Of a stretch of 64,000 bases of DNA, positions 40,641 to 50,036 are shown piece after piece (the stretch's first letter is position 1; each line of letters starts with the position of its first letter). A program made the position numbers and the translations under genes. A model generated the notes under the pieces. It did no database searches. It was not told where the DNA came from and saw nothing but the letters and a program-made list of their open reading frames with translations. The stretch is from Bacillota bacterium (lineage in GTDB: Bacteria; Bacillota; UBA5301; JAMCQP01), in contig JAMCQP010000045.1 in the NCBI GenBank assembly GCA_023381695.1, positions 6,263 through 70,262 on the forward strand, given 5' to 3'.

Positions 40641-41672
40641 CTAACAAGCAAACAGGACCACAACCAGCACCAGGCCGAGAACCAACGCCAGAAGCGCCCG
40701 GCTGGTGAACTTAAACCGCTCGCCGGAAGCCTCGGAGTTCAACACCCTCTGGATCCGGTTCTCCAGAGTTCCCACATGGCTGGCAAATCCCGGAAAGACC
40801 AGAAACTCGCGCGGCGCCGGGCCGGAAACCACCGTTTGCCGGCCATCCGTTTGCCGGCCATCCTTCCAGATCTTCAGCAGGGTCTCCGCATAGAGAAGCG
40901 GTTTCTGGGTCATCGCCACCACCCGGTCATCCACCGCTTCCTCCTGCTTGCGCATGAAATGCCGAAAGGCCACCCGGCCAAAAGGCGAGAAGAACATTCC
41001 GTCGCGCAACAGTACGCCAAGCCAGGACCGCAGGGTGTCCCGGCGGGCCAGGTGGACCAGCTCATGGGTCAGAACGGCTTCCAACTGCTGATCGTCAAAC
41101 CTGTCCAGCAAACCCCTGGATACCACCAGCACCGGATGGGCAAAGCCCATGGCAAAAGCCAGCGCCGTCTTGCCAGGCCACAGGCGCAAATCCGGAAGCC
41201 CGATCCCCAAATCCGCCAGGCGGGGCCTCAGGATCGCCGTTACCCGCGATGCATCGTCGCCGGACAGGGGCGGATTTTTCTTCACCATCCGGTGAGCAAC
41301 GTAGCTGTTGGCAAAGATCTTGAAAAGCGAATAGGCAAAGGTGGCAAACATCAACGGCAGGATAATCCCGGTGAACCACGGCTCGCTCCGGCAGATAATA
41401 TGCCACCGGGCCGGCCACATCCCGCCGGGCCCCAGCCCTCCCATCGAACACCGGCCGGCGCTCCCCAGGTAGTATATGTAGCCCAGCACCGGCGCCAGAA
41501 GCGGCAATGACCAGAGCCACATCTGAAGCTCCGGCCGGGAAAACCACGGCAACCGCCAGACCGCCGCCACGATCAGGTAGACGGCCGCCGAGCCCACCAG
41601 GATGTAAGGAATGTAAGGATGATGTTGCAAGGAAAGTAAGAACCCGGGCATCCGCCAGCCTTCTCTCCGCAT
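40641..41672 (-). CDS. M56-family (BlaR1-like) membrane metallopeptidase lacking the penicillin-binding sensor domain
   Basis: N-terminal TM helices, HELVH zincin motif, EEAVDD, LENRIQRV; adjacent to BlaI; alternative start at 41651. Confidence 0.85.
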   Translation of the reverse strand: MRREGWRMPGFLLSLQHHPYIPYILVGSAAVYLIVAAVWRLPWFSRPELQMWLWSLPLLAPVLGYIYYLGSAGRCSMGGLGPGGMWPARWHIICRSEPWFTGIILPLMFATFAYSLFKIFANSYVAHRMVKKNPPLSGDDASRVTAILRPRLADLGIGLPDLRLWPGKTALAFAMGFAHPVLVVSRGLLDRFDDQQLEAVLTHELVHLARRDTLRSWLGVLLRDGMFFSPFGRVAFRHFMRKQEEAVDDRVVAMTQKPLLYAETLLKIWKDGRQTDGRQTVVSGPAPREFLVFPGFASHVGTLENRIQRVLNSEASGERFKFTSRALLALVLGLVLVVVLFAC

Positions 41673-41699
41673 AAAGTAGAGCGGCCTACAACTGTCCCG

Positions 41700-42131
41700 C
41701 TACCGCTGCTGCTTCTGCTTGCGCTCCTGAATGAGCTTTTCCAGCATCTCCAGCCTGGCTTCATCCTCCTGGCTCATCCTATCCACGAAATGCGTCATCG
41801 CCGGTTCCGCGAAGTCCGCCAGCAGCCCGTCGATGACCTCCGTCACCACCGAGTTGAGCAACTCGTTCTTGCTGAGCACCGGCGAATATAGATAAGCGTT
41901 GCCCACCTTCTCCTTCTGAAGGATCCCCTTCTCGGCCAGCCGGGTCATGATGGTCATCACCGTGGTATAGGCCAGATCCCGGCGCTGCCGCAGGACATCG
42001 TAGACTTCCCGCACCGTGGCTTTCTTCTGGGACCAGATGATCTCCATCACGTCCGCTTCCAGATGGCCAAGCACCTTCTTCAGCCCGATCTTGTTCGGGT
42101 GGAAATCCTTCAAACCCTTGTTCAAACGCAT
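41700..42131 (-). CDS. BlaI/MecI/CopY-family transcriptional repressor
   Basis: LEADVMEIIW...TVREV...LAYTTVMTIMTRLAEKG; no CopY-type C-terminal Cys motif. Confidence 0.92.
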   Translation of the reverse strand: MRLNKGLKDFHPNKIGLKKVLGHLEADVMEIIWSQKKATVREVYDVLRQRRDLAYTTVMTIMTRLAEKGILQKEKVGNAYLYSPVLSKNELLNSVVTEVIDGLLADFAEPAMTHFVDRMSQEDEARLEMLEKLIQERKQKQQR

Positions 42132-42181
42132 CAGCGCCACTCCTCGCCGGATCAATCGATTCTATGTTGCGTCACAGTTTG

Positions 42182-42210
42182 ATTATATCGCACCACCGGC
42201 CGAGAATCAA
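42182..42210 (-). promoter_or_regulatory. Sigma-A promoter for the blaI-like gene
   Basis: TTGATT-17 nt-TATAAT. Confidence 0.6.
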
Positions 42211-42890
42211 CCGCTACTTGATGTAATACTTCCGTCGCGGATCTCCACGGTTTTCCCCGCATACCGCGCGTTCTCCCGGTTGTGGGTGACCATCACGATG
42301 GTAAGCCCATCCTGGTTGAGAAACCGGAAAAGATCCATGATCTCCTCGCTGGTCCTGGTGTCCAGCGCCCCGGTGGGCTCGTCCGCCAGGAGAACCGGCG
42401 GGTCGTTGACGATCGCCCTGGCGATGGCCACCCGTTCCTGCTCCCCGCCGGAAAGCTGGTTGGGCAGGCGATCATGCTTGCCCGCCAGCCCCACCCGGGT
42501 GAGCACCGCCTCTGCAAGCTCGCGCTGCTCGTCCTGCTTTTTGCGGGTGATGGCCAGGGGAAGCATGACGTTTTCCAGCGCGGTCAAATACGGGATAAGC
42601 TGGAACTGTTGGAAGACAAACCCGATATATTCGCGCCGGAAATCGGCCAGTCTCTCCTGGGAAAGCTGGTAAACCGGGATGGTGTCGATGGTTACCTCCC
42701 CGCTGGTGGGCGGGTTGAGCCCGCCGAGAATGCTGAGCAGGGTGCTCTTGCCCGAGCCCGAAGGGCCCATCAGGGCGATAAATTCCCCTTCCGCCACATC
42801 CAAACTGGCGCCGGAAAGAGCCATCGTCCGCGTCCCGCCCGCTCCGGCGCGATATTCCTTGGCGACATTGCGCAATTCAATCAGACTCAT
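42207..42890 (-). CDS. ABC transporter ATP-binding subunit (LolD/MacB-type)
   Basis: [32 protein letters not shown]. Confidence 0.93.
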   Translation of the reverse strand: MSLIELRNVAKEYRAGAGGTRTMALSGASLDVAEGEFIALMGPSGSGKSTLLSILGGLNPPTSGEVTIDTIPVYQLSQERLADFRREYIGFVFQQFQLIPYLTALENVMLPLAITRKKQDEQRELAEAVLTRVGLAGKHDRLPNQLSGGEQERVAIARAIVNDPPVLLADEPTGALDTRTSEEIMDLFRFLNQDGLTIVMVTHNRENARYAGKTVEIRDGSITSSSG

Positions 42891-42947
42891 GGTGCAACTC
42901 CCCAATCATGCCGCTAAACTCTCCCAGCATATCGCAAATCCATATCG

Positions 42948-44105
42948 CTAAATGAACCGCAACGCCTCGGCCGGATCCAGGCGCGAGGCCCGCCAGGCCG
43001 GGTAGAAGCTGGCCAGCATCCCCGCCACCACCGCCAGGGCCAGCGCCACCCCGCCCACAATGGGGTTCCAACCGATGGACACCGCCGTCTTTGCCACAAA
43101 CGGCGCCGCCGCGCGGGCGCCCAGGGTTCCAATGGCATATCCCGCCAGCCCTCCCAGGAGGCTGATTACGAGGGCCTCAAAGAGGATAATCACCATCACA
43201 TGGGATTTTCGGAAACCAATTGCGCGGAAGATCCCGATCTCCCTGGTCCGCTCGTTGACCGAGGAGAGCATGGTGATCCCCATCATCAATACGCCGATAA
43301 GGAGAACCACTACCGAAACGGCATAAGAAAAGCTGTCCAGCCTCTCCACCGTATCAAGCCGTCCCTTGACCGCCTGCCGGAGAGCGGTGACCTTCACATC
43401 CGGCAGGGCGGCGCCAATCTGCCGGACGATTTCATCGACCGGGCAACTCAGGCAGAGCGCGCTGACCTCGATAAGATTCAATTTTCCCGGCTGGCCAAGC
43501 ATCTTCTGGGCGACCCCCAGGTCGCCGAAGATCAGCCCGTCCTCCTGGGATCCCATTTCTTTCAACACGCCGGCCACCTGGAACTCCTGCCCGTTAACCA
43601 CCAGCGTGTCGCCGGGCATCTTGTGAAACTCCTCCGCGGCGCCATGGCCGAGCAAGAGTTCCGAGGGAGATTTCGGCCGCCGCCCGGTGATCTCCCACCA
43701 TTTTTTCATGCGCAACTCCGCGGTAAAGTCCACCCCCACCATCAGTACCTGCCGCCCGCCGGCTTTAACGGTCCCCAGGAGCTTGGGGGCCACGGCGCTG
43801 ATGTTTTGCCGGTCCTTGATCCGCCTGATGGCCGTCACCGCGTTCATGTCCAGTTGCTTAACGTCGTAGGAAACGCCTGCCACCGTGATGCCCCCGTATG
43901 AAAGGGCCAACCCCTCCGAACGGGGAACCACGACGATATTGGCCCCGTATTCGTCAAGTTCCGTGGCAATCGCCTGTTTCATGGCCGTGGTGATGCTGTA
44001 GAGGATGACGATGGTCGCGATGCCTATCGTCAGGCCCAGCACGGAAAAGAGGAGCCGGGCCTTCCGGCGCCGCAAATTGCCGATGGAAATATCTGTCAAC
44101 CGCAT
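42948..44105 (-). CDS. MacB/FtsX-type ABC permease with an extracytoplasmic CxxC
   Basis: TM1, large loop containing SALCLSCPV, ERTREIGIFRAIG, ASRLDPAEAL. Confidence 0.9.
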   Translation of the reverse strand: MRLTDISIGNLRRRKARLLFSVLGLTIGIATIVILYSITTAMKQAIATELDEYGANIVVVPRSEGLALSYGGITVAGVSYDVKQLDMNAVTAIRRIKDRQNISAVAPKLLGTVKAGGRQVLMVGVDFTAELRMKKWWEITGRRPKSPSELLLGHGAAEEFHKMPGDTLVVNGQEFQVAGVLKEMGSQEDGLIFGDLGVAQKMLGQPGKLNLIEVSALCLSCPVDEIVRQIGAALPDVKVTALRQAVKGRLDTVERLDSFSYAVSVVVLLIGVLMMGITMLSSVNERTREIGIFRAIGFRKSHVMVIILFEALVISLLGGLAGYAIGTLGARAAAPFVAKTAVSIGWNPIVGGVALALAVVAGMLASFYPAWRASRLDPAEALRFI

Positions 44106-44174
44106 AGAACCGGTCCTCTCTACTCTGTTTTTGGCGGGCACGCCGCTTTCTACCCTTTATCCCTGGCGGCAATT

Positions 44175-44876
44175 CTAGACCCTTGGCTTCCAGGCGGCAA
44201 CCTCATTCACGCTCATGACCGCGTCACCGCCGTCCTGGGCAGTCTGCATCGCCGCCGGCGGGTACTTCTGGCAGCCGCCGGACAATCCTTCAAGTCCTTC
44301 CAGGCTCCAGACCGTGCCGCAGGTGTTGCAGACCAGGTTCGACCCCTCGATGTGGAAACTGGTGGAAGAACACGGTTCGCAGAGCCTGACGGCCGTTACC
44401 ACCTTTCCGGAGGGGGCCGCGTAAGCCAGGAGGGGCACAGCTCCCTTGCCGCTCTGATTCGATCCCGCGTACTCAAAACTCACCAGCTTGTACTGCTCGA
44501 TCTTGTCCAGCGGGATTCGGATCTTGCCGCCGGAAACCACCACCTGGACATTGGTCTGCTCTATGCGCTGGTTCGAATAATTCACCGGCGCCACCTTGAC
44601 TGTAGTGGCTCCCTGGAGCGCCCCCGCGTTGCCAGTCCCAGCCCCGCCTTTCAGGTTCTGCAGCCCAATACCCACGGTGGCAACTATGACCAGACCCACC
44701 CCCAGATACCAACCCCAGCGATTGGTGTTGCGGCCCCCGTTGTCGCCCCCGCTGGCGCTGCTCCTTCTGGTGCGACCCCCACCGGTACCACCTCCCCTGG
44801 TACGATCTTCGCCGGTACGATCTCCGCCGTTATGGTTTCCAAGAACCTTTTTGCGCTTCTCCTCGTGGTTTTTCAT
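44175..44876 (-). CDS. DUF2318-like membrane-anchored Cys-rich (putative Fe-S/metal-binding) protein
   Basis: Single TM segment followed by CEPC, LVCNTCGT and GGCQKYPP. Confidence 0.7.
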   Translation of the reverse strand: MKNHEEKRKKVLGNHNGGDRTGEDRTRGGGTGGGRTRRSSASGGDNGGRNTNRWGWYLGVGLVIVATVGIGLQNLKGGAGTGNAGALQGATTVKVAPVNYSNQRIEQTNVQVVVSGGKIRIPLDKIEQYKLVSFEYAGSNQSGKGAVPLLAYAAPSGKVVTAVRLCEPCSSTSFHIEGSNLVCNTCGTVWSLEGLEGLSGGCQKYPPAAMQTAQDGGDAVMSVNEVAAWKPRV

Positions 44877-44954
44877 GGTTATAAATCATTCCTTTCGCTT
44901 CGCTTTAGACTCGCTCAACCTTTAATCCAGGCTCAACGGCCTTAAATATTCTTG

Positions 44955-44986
44955 CGCTACAAAACATAATACTATAAAATGTCGTA
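44955..44986. promoter_or_regulatory. Putative BlaI-family operator upstream of the DUF2318-ABC operon
   Basis: Imperfect palindrome TACTATA-AAA-TGTCGTA at 44970-44986 with a weaker adjacent copy, overlapping a TTGAAT-17-TAGTAT promoter on the minus strand. Confidence 0.45.
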
Positions 44987-45039
44987 CTTGCATTCAAAAA
45001 TTTTTCGCAGAAGGCCACGCCGTCTCCACAGCAAGAGTG

Positions 45040-45294
45040 TCACCCTCCGCTCATCGCGTAAAAGACCCACAGCGTATCCCCGGCGGCCAGCTTTCGACCT
45101 GCTTCCGCCCTCACTCCATTGCAAAGGATCACTAGCTCCTCTGGGCGGCTGGTCAAGGCCAGCCGCGCCAGCAAATCAGCCACCGTCGCCCCGCCAGGCA
45201 ACCGCACCTGTTGTGCTTCCGATTTCTCCTTGATCCCCGGCCTGCCCCTGACCGTCACAAGAATCGGTTCGCCCGGCTTTGCCCTTGTATCCAT
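45040..45294 (-). CDS. moaD: MoaD/ThiS-family sulfur carrier
   Basis: Beta-grasp pattern (ATVADLLARL, CNG) and C-terminal GG; follows aor. Confidence 0.85.
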   Translation of the reverse strand: MDTRAKPGEPILVTVRGRPGIKEKSEAQQVRLPGGATVADLLARLALTSRPEELVILCNGVRAEAGRKLAAGDTLWVFYAMSGG

Positions 45295-45326
45295 TGCACC
45301 CTCCCCGGCATCCGAGCCCCCGCCGC

Positions 45327-47084
45327 TTACCGGCCGAACAGGCCGTCCAGTTCCTCCGCCGGAACATCAAACACCGTGCCTGAAGCAGGGTTCACCTGGC
45401 GGGTCATATACTCGGGCAACCGGTCATCCGCCGGGCCGAAGCCCGCCGCCCGGTTGAAGGCCAGCTCGGTCTGCAGGGTCTCCAGAGCCACCCGCCGCAG
45501 GTCTTCAGTTGACCAGGCCGCCCCGTACCGGGCGTTAACCAGAGCCTCCAGCAATTCCAGCCTGGTCTTGACCGCGGGTCCCACAAACAGGCACATGCCC
45601 AGGTAATCGTAGATCGTGGCGTTGATCTGCGCATTGCGCGAGACCTCGACCTGCCCCGCCGGAGACCGCTGGTCGATCCGGGCGCGCACCGTGTTGCCGG
45701 CGGTGTGGTCCGCTCCCATGGGGGAGGTGGCGTAGGTAACGCCCAGCCCCTTCACCGCCCGGGGATCGTAGGAGGGCATAATCTGGCCCTTCACCGCAGG
45801 CACGTCGGTCACCCCCAGCACCCGCCCGGTGACCGCCCCGCCCTGCCCCAGGACCATGCCCATGATACTGCCCTTGCCGATCTCCTCCACCAGCCTGATG
45901 GCGCCGTCCGCATCCCCAAAGGGGACCAGCCCGGCTTCCATGGTGATGGCCACCGCCCCGCCGGTTTCAATGGTGTCCACCCCATAATCATTGCAGAGGC
46001 GGTTGAGTTCCGCGATCTTGTCCAGATCCCCGATCTCGCAGTTAGACCCGAAAAGCCCGATGGTCTCATATTCAAGAGGCGAGACCAGAACCCTCCCGCC
46101 GGCGTCATGGTAGATATTGGAACACCGGATCGGGCAGCCCGGCATGCAGGCGTGGGTGGGTTGCCCCCCTCTGGCCAGGATGGTCTCGCGCAGCCGCTCG
46201 CCTCCAATGGCCTCCGCCTGCTCAAAGTGGCCGGTCCGGAAGTTGTGGGTGGGCAGGCCGCCCATGGCCTCCAGGATAGCAACCATGGCCGCCGTCCCGT
46301 ACTCGGGGTAGACCTCGGCGGTCTGCGGCGTTTCCCGAATCACCTCCATAACTTCCCGGACCGCGGCGTGGAAGGCTTTGGGATCCTGCAAGGCCGGTGG
46401 TTCGCAACCTGCGTCGTCCACCACCACGGCCTTCAGCCCCTTTGAGCCCATCACGGCGCCCAGGCCGCCCCGGCCGCAGTACCGGCTGGGAATGCCGTCC
46501 ACATCGGTGTTGGTGATTCCCGCGGCCGACATCAGCCTCTCTCCGGCCGGTCCGATCAAGAGCACCCCCACTTTCTTTCCATAGCGCTCCCGCAGCCGGG
46601 AGGCGGCCTCATAGACCCCAACTTCCCGCAGGTCGTCCGCCGGCAAAAGCTGCACCCCCTGGCGGTTGATCAACAACAGGAAGAGCTTGCCTCCGGCCGG
46701 CCGGCCTTCAACCACCACGGCCTTGATTCCCAGCCTGGCCAGTTTACCGGCCACCACGCCGCCGCCGTTGCTCTCCTTGATCCCCCCGGTGAGGGGACTC
46801 TTGGCCCCAATCGAAATCCTCCCCGAAGAAGGAGCGCTCGTCCCCGCCAGCAGTCCCGGCGCGATCACCAGCTTGTTGGCCGGGCCGAGCGGGTGGCACC
46901 CCGGCTCCACCTCCCAGGCTACAATCCTGGAAGTAAGGACCCGTCCACCCAGGAGCCGGTCGTCTTCCGGAACCTCGTGGTAGGCCGCTTTTCCTGCTTG
47001 CATATCCACCCGCAGGATCCGGTTCATGGTCTCATTCATGGCGCCATTTACAGCGCCATTTGTGCCATTCATAGTCATGCTCAT
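45327..47084 (-). CDS. aor: Aldehyde:ferredoxin oxidoreductase (tungsten AOR family)
   Basis: KSPLTGGIKESNGGG, GRGGLGAVMGSKGLK, CMPGCPIRC, EYET, DYGVDTI, GADH. Confidence 0.93.
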   Translation of the reverse strand: MSMTMNGTNGAVNGAMNETMNRILRVDMQAGKAAYHEVPEDDRLLGGRVLTSRIVAWEVEPGCHPLGPANKLVIAPGLLAGTSAPSSGRISIGAKSPLTGGIKESNGGGVVAGKLARLGIKAVVVEGRPAGGKLFLLLINRQGVQLLPADDLREVGVYEAASRLRERYGKKVGVLLIGPAGERLMSAAGITNTDVDGIPSRYCGRGGLGAVMGSKGLKAVVVDDAGCEPPALQDPKAFHAAVREVMEVIRETPQTAEVYPEYGTAAMVAILEAMGGLPTHNFRTGHFEQAEAIGGERLRETILARGGQPTHACMPGCPIRCSNIYHDAGGRVLVSPLEYETIGLFGSNCEIGDLDKIAELNRLCNDYGVDTIETGGAVAITMEAGLVPFGDADGAIRLVEEIGKGSIMGMVLGQGGAVTGRVLGVTDVPAVKGQIMPSYDPRAVKGLGVTYATSPMGADHTAGNTVRARIDQRSPAGQVEVSRNAQINATIYDYLGMCLFVGPAVKTRLELLEALVNARYGAAWSTEDLRRVALETLQTELAFNRAAGFGPADDRLPEYMTRQVNPASGTVFDVPAEELDGLFGR

Positions 47085-48547
47085 GGTGTCACTCCTTCCT
47101 GCCTGGGGTTCTCCTGACCGGCGCTTCCCTGCCCTGCCCTTTCCCGGCTTGCGCCTTCAGCCGGGAAACTTCCAACCTTGCCCCTGTTTTGAAGCACCAG
47201 GTCGGACAGTTTTACCAATTCAACCCCGTTGGCCTTGAACTCCGGCAACATCGCCTCGATGGCCCTGGCCGTATCGGGGCGCACATGCCCGATTCCGATT
47301 GCGTCGCCGTTTCGCAGGGCGATCTTCATCAACTGTTTCAGCCGCTCGTCAATCTGCTCCACCCTGTTCACGTTATCCAGGAAGAGGAAGTTTTCCCCGA
47401 AAGGGATGCCCTCCTCCCGCGCCACTTCCGGAATCACCGAATTCACCGCGGTACGGCTGTCCAGGAAGAACAACCCCTTCTCCTTGACCACTGAAAGCAC
47501 CGCTCGCATCACCCGCCGGTCCTCGGTGGCCAGCGAACCCATGTGGTTGTTCACCCCCACCACCCCGGGCACGGCGGCAAGCTCCTCGGCCACCAGTTGC
47601 TGGATCTCCTGGTCGGTCATATTCGTGGTAATCGTGCCCTTTTCCAGCCGCAAACCGGAGCTCACGGGCTGCATGGGCAGGTGCAGGATCACCTCCCAGC
47701 CGCGTTGAGCCCCTTCCGTCGCCATCTGCGTCGATTCCGGCAGGAACGGGATAACCGCCATCGTCAACTGGACGGGAAGATCCAGCATCTCCTGGCTGGC
47801 CGCCCTGGCGTATCCCCAGTCGTCAATCACAATGGCCACCTTCGGAGGTCTTAGTCTCTCACCCGGCAACGGCGGCGAAATATCCGGCTCCCCGGCAATG
47901 GGGGGAAGAGCGGGATGCAAACCTAAACGCGAACCGGCAGTCCTCTTGAGAACCAGCGTCTCCGCCACCAGGCGATACTGCCGATCATGAAGCGATTCCT
48001 TCCAGCCGATCTGCAGGATCGCCTCCGGAAGCCTGTCCACCCCGTAGTCCACGGCGAACAACTCGCCGCCCACCTCGGAAATCGCCTGCCGGATTGAGTT
48101 GATATAATCATCCAGGGTGAAATGTTGCGAGGTGGCCAGCGCCAATACCTGCCGCTCCTGCCCCAGCCACCAGATCATCTCCGGCTCCCGGCCGGATGCC
48201 GTACCCGGCTTTTCCTGGGCAACGGGTTTCTCCTGTGGAACAGTCTCCTCCACCAGGGTGATCTCGGACGGCACAAGACCCAACCGCAAAAAGGCGGAAT
48301 TCACGGCCCCCCGGATCTTCTGAGCCGCCGGGGTAAAATCGTAGACCAGCTTGCCGCCCTCGCGAAAGAGCGTGTAACGCTGATTCCGTTCCAGCACTTC
48401 CCGGCGCCGAAAAGAAACGCCCTGGTTGCTCAGCACATTAAAAGCCTGCCAGATGGTAAAAGCCAGGAGAAGCAGGACAACCCCGAAAGAGACAGGCCCT
48501 ATGGGACTCTTTTTCCGTCTCGGCTCCCCGGCCCGCGACATCGCCAA
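47081..48547 (-). CDS. Divergent polysaccharide deacetylase (YibQ-like) with N-terminal TM and an extra domain
   Basis: AIVIDDWG, HLPMQP, NNHMGS, FLDSRT, FLDN, IGIGH. Confidence 0.9.
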   Translation of the reverse strand: MAMSRAGEPRRKKSPIGPVSFGVVLLLLAFTIWQAFNVLSNQGVSFRRREVLERNQRYTLFREGGKLVYDFTPAAQKIRGAVNSAFLRLGLVPSEITLVEETVPQEKPVAQEKPGTASGREPEMIWWLGQERQVLALATSQHFTLDDYINSIRQAISEVGGELFAVDYGVDRLPEAILQIGWKESLHDRQYRLVAETLVLKRTAGSRLGLHPALPPIAGEPDISPPLPGERLRPPKVAIVIDDWGYARAASQEMLDLPVQLTMAVIPFLPESTQMATEGAQRGWEVILHLPMQPVSSGLRLEKGTITTNMTDQEIQQLVAEELAAVPGVVGVNNHMGSLATEDRRVMRAVLSVVKEKGLFFLDSRTAVNSVIPEVAREEGIPFGENFLFLDNVNRVEQIDERLKQLMKIALRNGDAIGIGHVRPDTARAIEAMLPEFKANGVELVKLSDLVLQNRGKVGSFPAEGASRERAGQGSAGQENPRQEGVTP

Positions 48548-48604
48548 AATTTACTCCCCCATTAATTCGAGAAGGGTGCGTAGCACCCTCCTTGTCTGGC
48601 GGGC

Positions 48605-49942
48605 TCAGGCCGCTTTCCGGCCTTCCTTGGCGCCCGCCGCCTCTTTAATCCTGGCCTTCAGCACCTTCACCGCTTCTTCCAGTTGCACATCCTTGAACTC
48701 TTTATCGGTCTTCGGCGGCTCCTTCTTTACGGTTTCTTTTTTCGCCGGTTGATCCGATTTATCCGGCTTATCCGCCGTATCCGGCCTTATGCCGCCGTTC
48801 TTCTGTTGATCCGCCAGTTCCTGCTCCCAGGCCTCATCCCCCGGATTGTGAACGATCACATCCGGGCGGATCCCCGTCAGGTGGATGGAATGCCCCCCCG
48901 CCGTCAGATAACGCTGGGTGGTGAGGGAGAGCGCCGAGCCGTCTCCGAGCGGGATGATGGTCTGCACCAGCCCCTTGCCGAAGGTCTGTGACCCGACCAG
49001 GGTGGCGCGTTTGGTATCCTTCAGGGCGCCCGAAACGATCTCGGAGGCGCTGGCGCTGCCCTTGTTCACCAGGACGACCATCGGGTAATCGGGATGCGCC
49101 TTGCCGGGGTTGGCGTAGAAAGTCTTCTTGTTGCGATCCCGGCCCACCACGTGCAAGAGAGGCCCCTTGTCGATAAACTTGTTGGCCACCTCCAGGCCCA
49201 CATTCAGCAACCCGCCGGGGTTAAACCGCAAGTCCATGATCAGGCCTTGCATCTTCTCCTCTTCAAGCTTGTCAAGCGCCTTCTCCAGCTCGACGGCCGA
49301 ATTCTCCTGGAAGATGGCCAGCTTCACGTAGCCGATGTGATCCGGGAGCATCTTGGATTCCACGCTGGGCACCTTGATGGTGTCCCGCACAATGCGTATT
49401 TCTTTCAGTTCCTTGCCCCGTTCGATGGTGATGGTCACCTCGGTGCCTTTGGGACCCTTCATCAGGCTGGCCGCTTCGTCCGAGGACATGTCCTTGGTGG
49501 GCTTGCCGTTGATCAGGCGGATCTTGTCGCCGGCCTTGATGCCCGCCCTGGCCCCCGGCGTGCCCTCTATTGGCGCGATGACCGTCAGCTCGTTCTTTTC
49601 GCTCATTCCAATATAGATCCCGATCCCGCCATAGACACCCTCGGTATCGATCTGCATCTGCTGGTAGGCCGACGGGTCCATGTAACGGGTGTAGGGATCC
49701 TTGAGGGTCTTCAGCATCCCGTTAATCGTCCCCTTTTGAACGTATCCGCCCACCAGGTCCACCAAATTCACCGGGTCCACATACTGGGTCTTTACCAGCG
49801 CCATCACTTCGATGGCCGAACGCAACGTCCCGTTCTTGGGGTTGCTGGCGCTGACGCGTGAGAGCAGGAAAATTCCCGCCAAAACCAGGATCAGTCCCGC
49901 CACGATTAACGCAGTACGCCGTTGGCGCGCCAAAACCATCAC
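48605..49942 (-). CDS. ctpA: S41-family carboxy-terminal processing protease (CtpA-like)
   Basis: DPYTRY, PDZ domain (GGIGI), DLRFNPGGLL, SASASEI, TFGKGLVQ. Confidence 0.93.
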   Translation of the reverse strand: MMVLARQRRTALIVAGLILVLAGIFLLSRVSASNPKNGTLRSAIEVMALVKTQYVDPVNLVDLVGGYVQKGTINGMLKTLKDPYTRYMDPSAYQQMQIDTEGVYGGIGIYIGMSEKNELTVIAPIEGTPGARAGIKAGDKIRLINGKPTKDMSSDEAASLMKGPKGTEVTITIERGKELKEIRIVRDTIKVPSVESKMLPDHIGYVKLAIFQENSAVELEKALDKLEEEKMQGLIMDLRFNPGGLLNVGLEVANKFIDKGPLLHVVGRDRNKKTFYANPGKAHPDYPMVVLVNKGSASASEIVSGALKDTKRATLVGSQTFGKGLVQTIIPLGDGSALSLTTQRYLTAGGHSIHLTGIRPDVIVHNPGDEAWEQELADQQKNGGIRPDTADKPDKSDQPAKKETVKKEPPKTDKEFKDVQLEEAVKVLKARIKEAAGAKEGRKAA

Positions 49943-50036
49943 CTATCTTTCTGCCTTCCTTAAAATATGCATTACAGATGCGGCTTATTCTGCGCCCCTG
50001 GCCAGCTTTAGCGGAGAAGCGAACCAACACCGCCAC

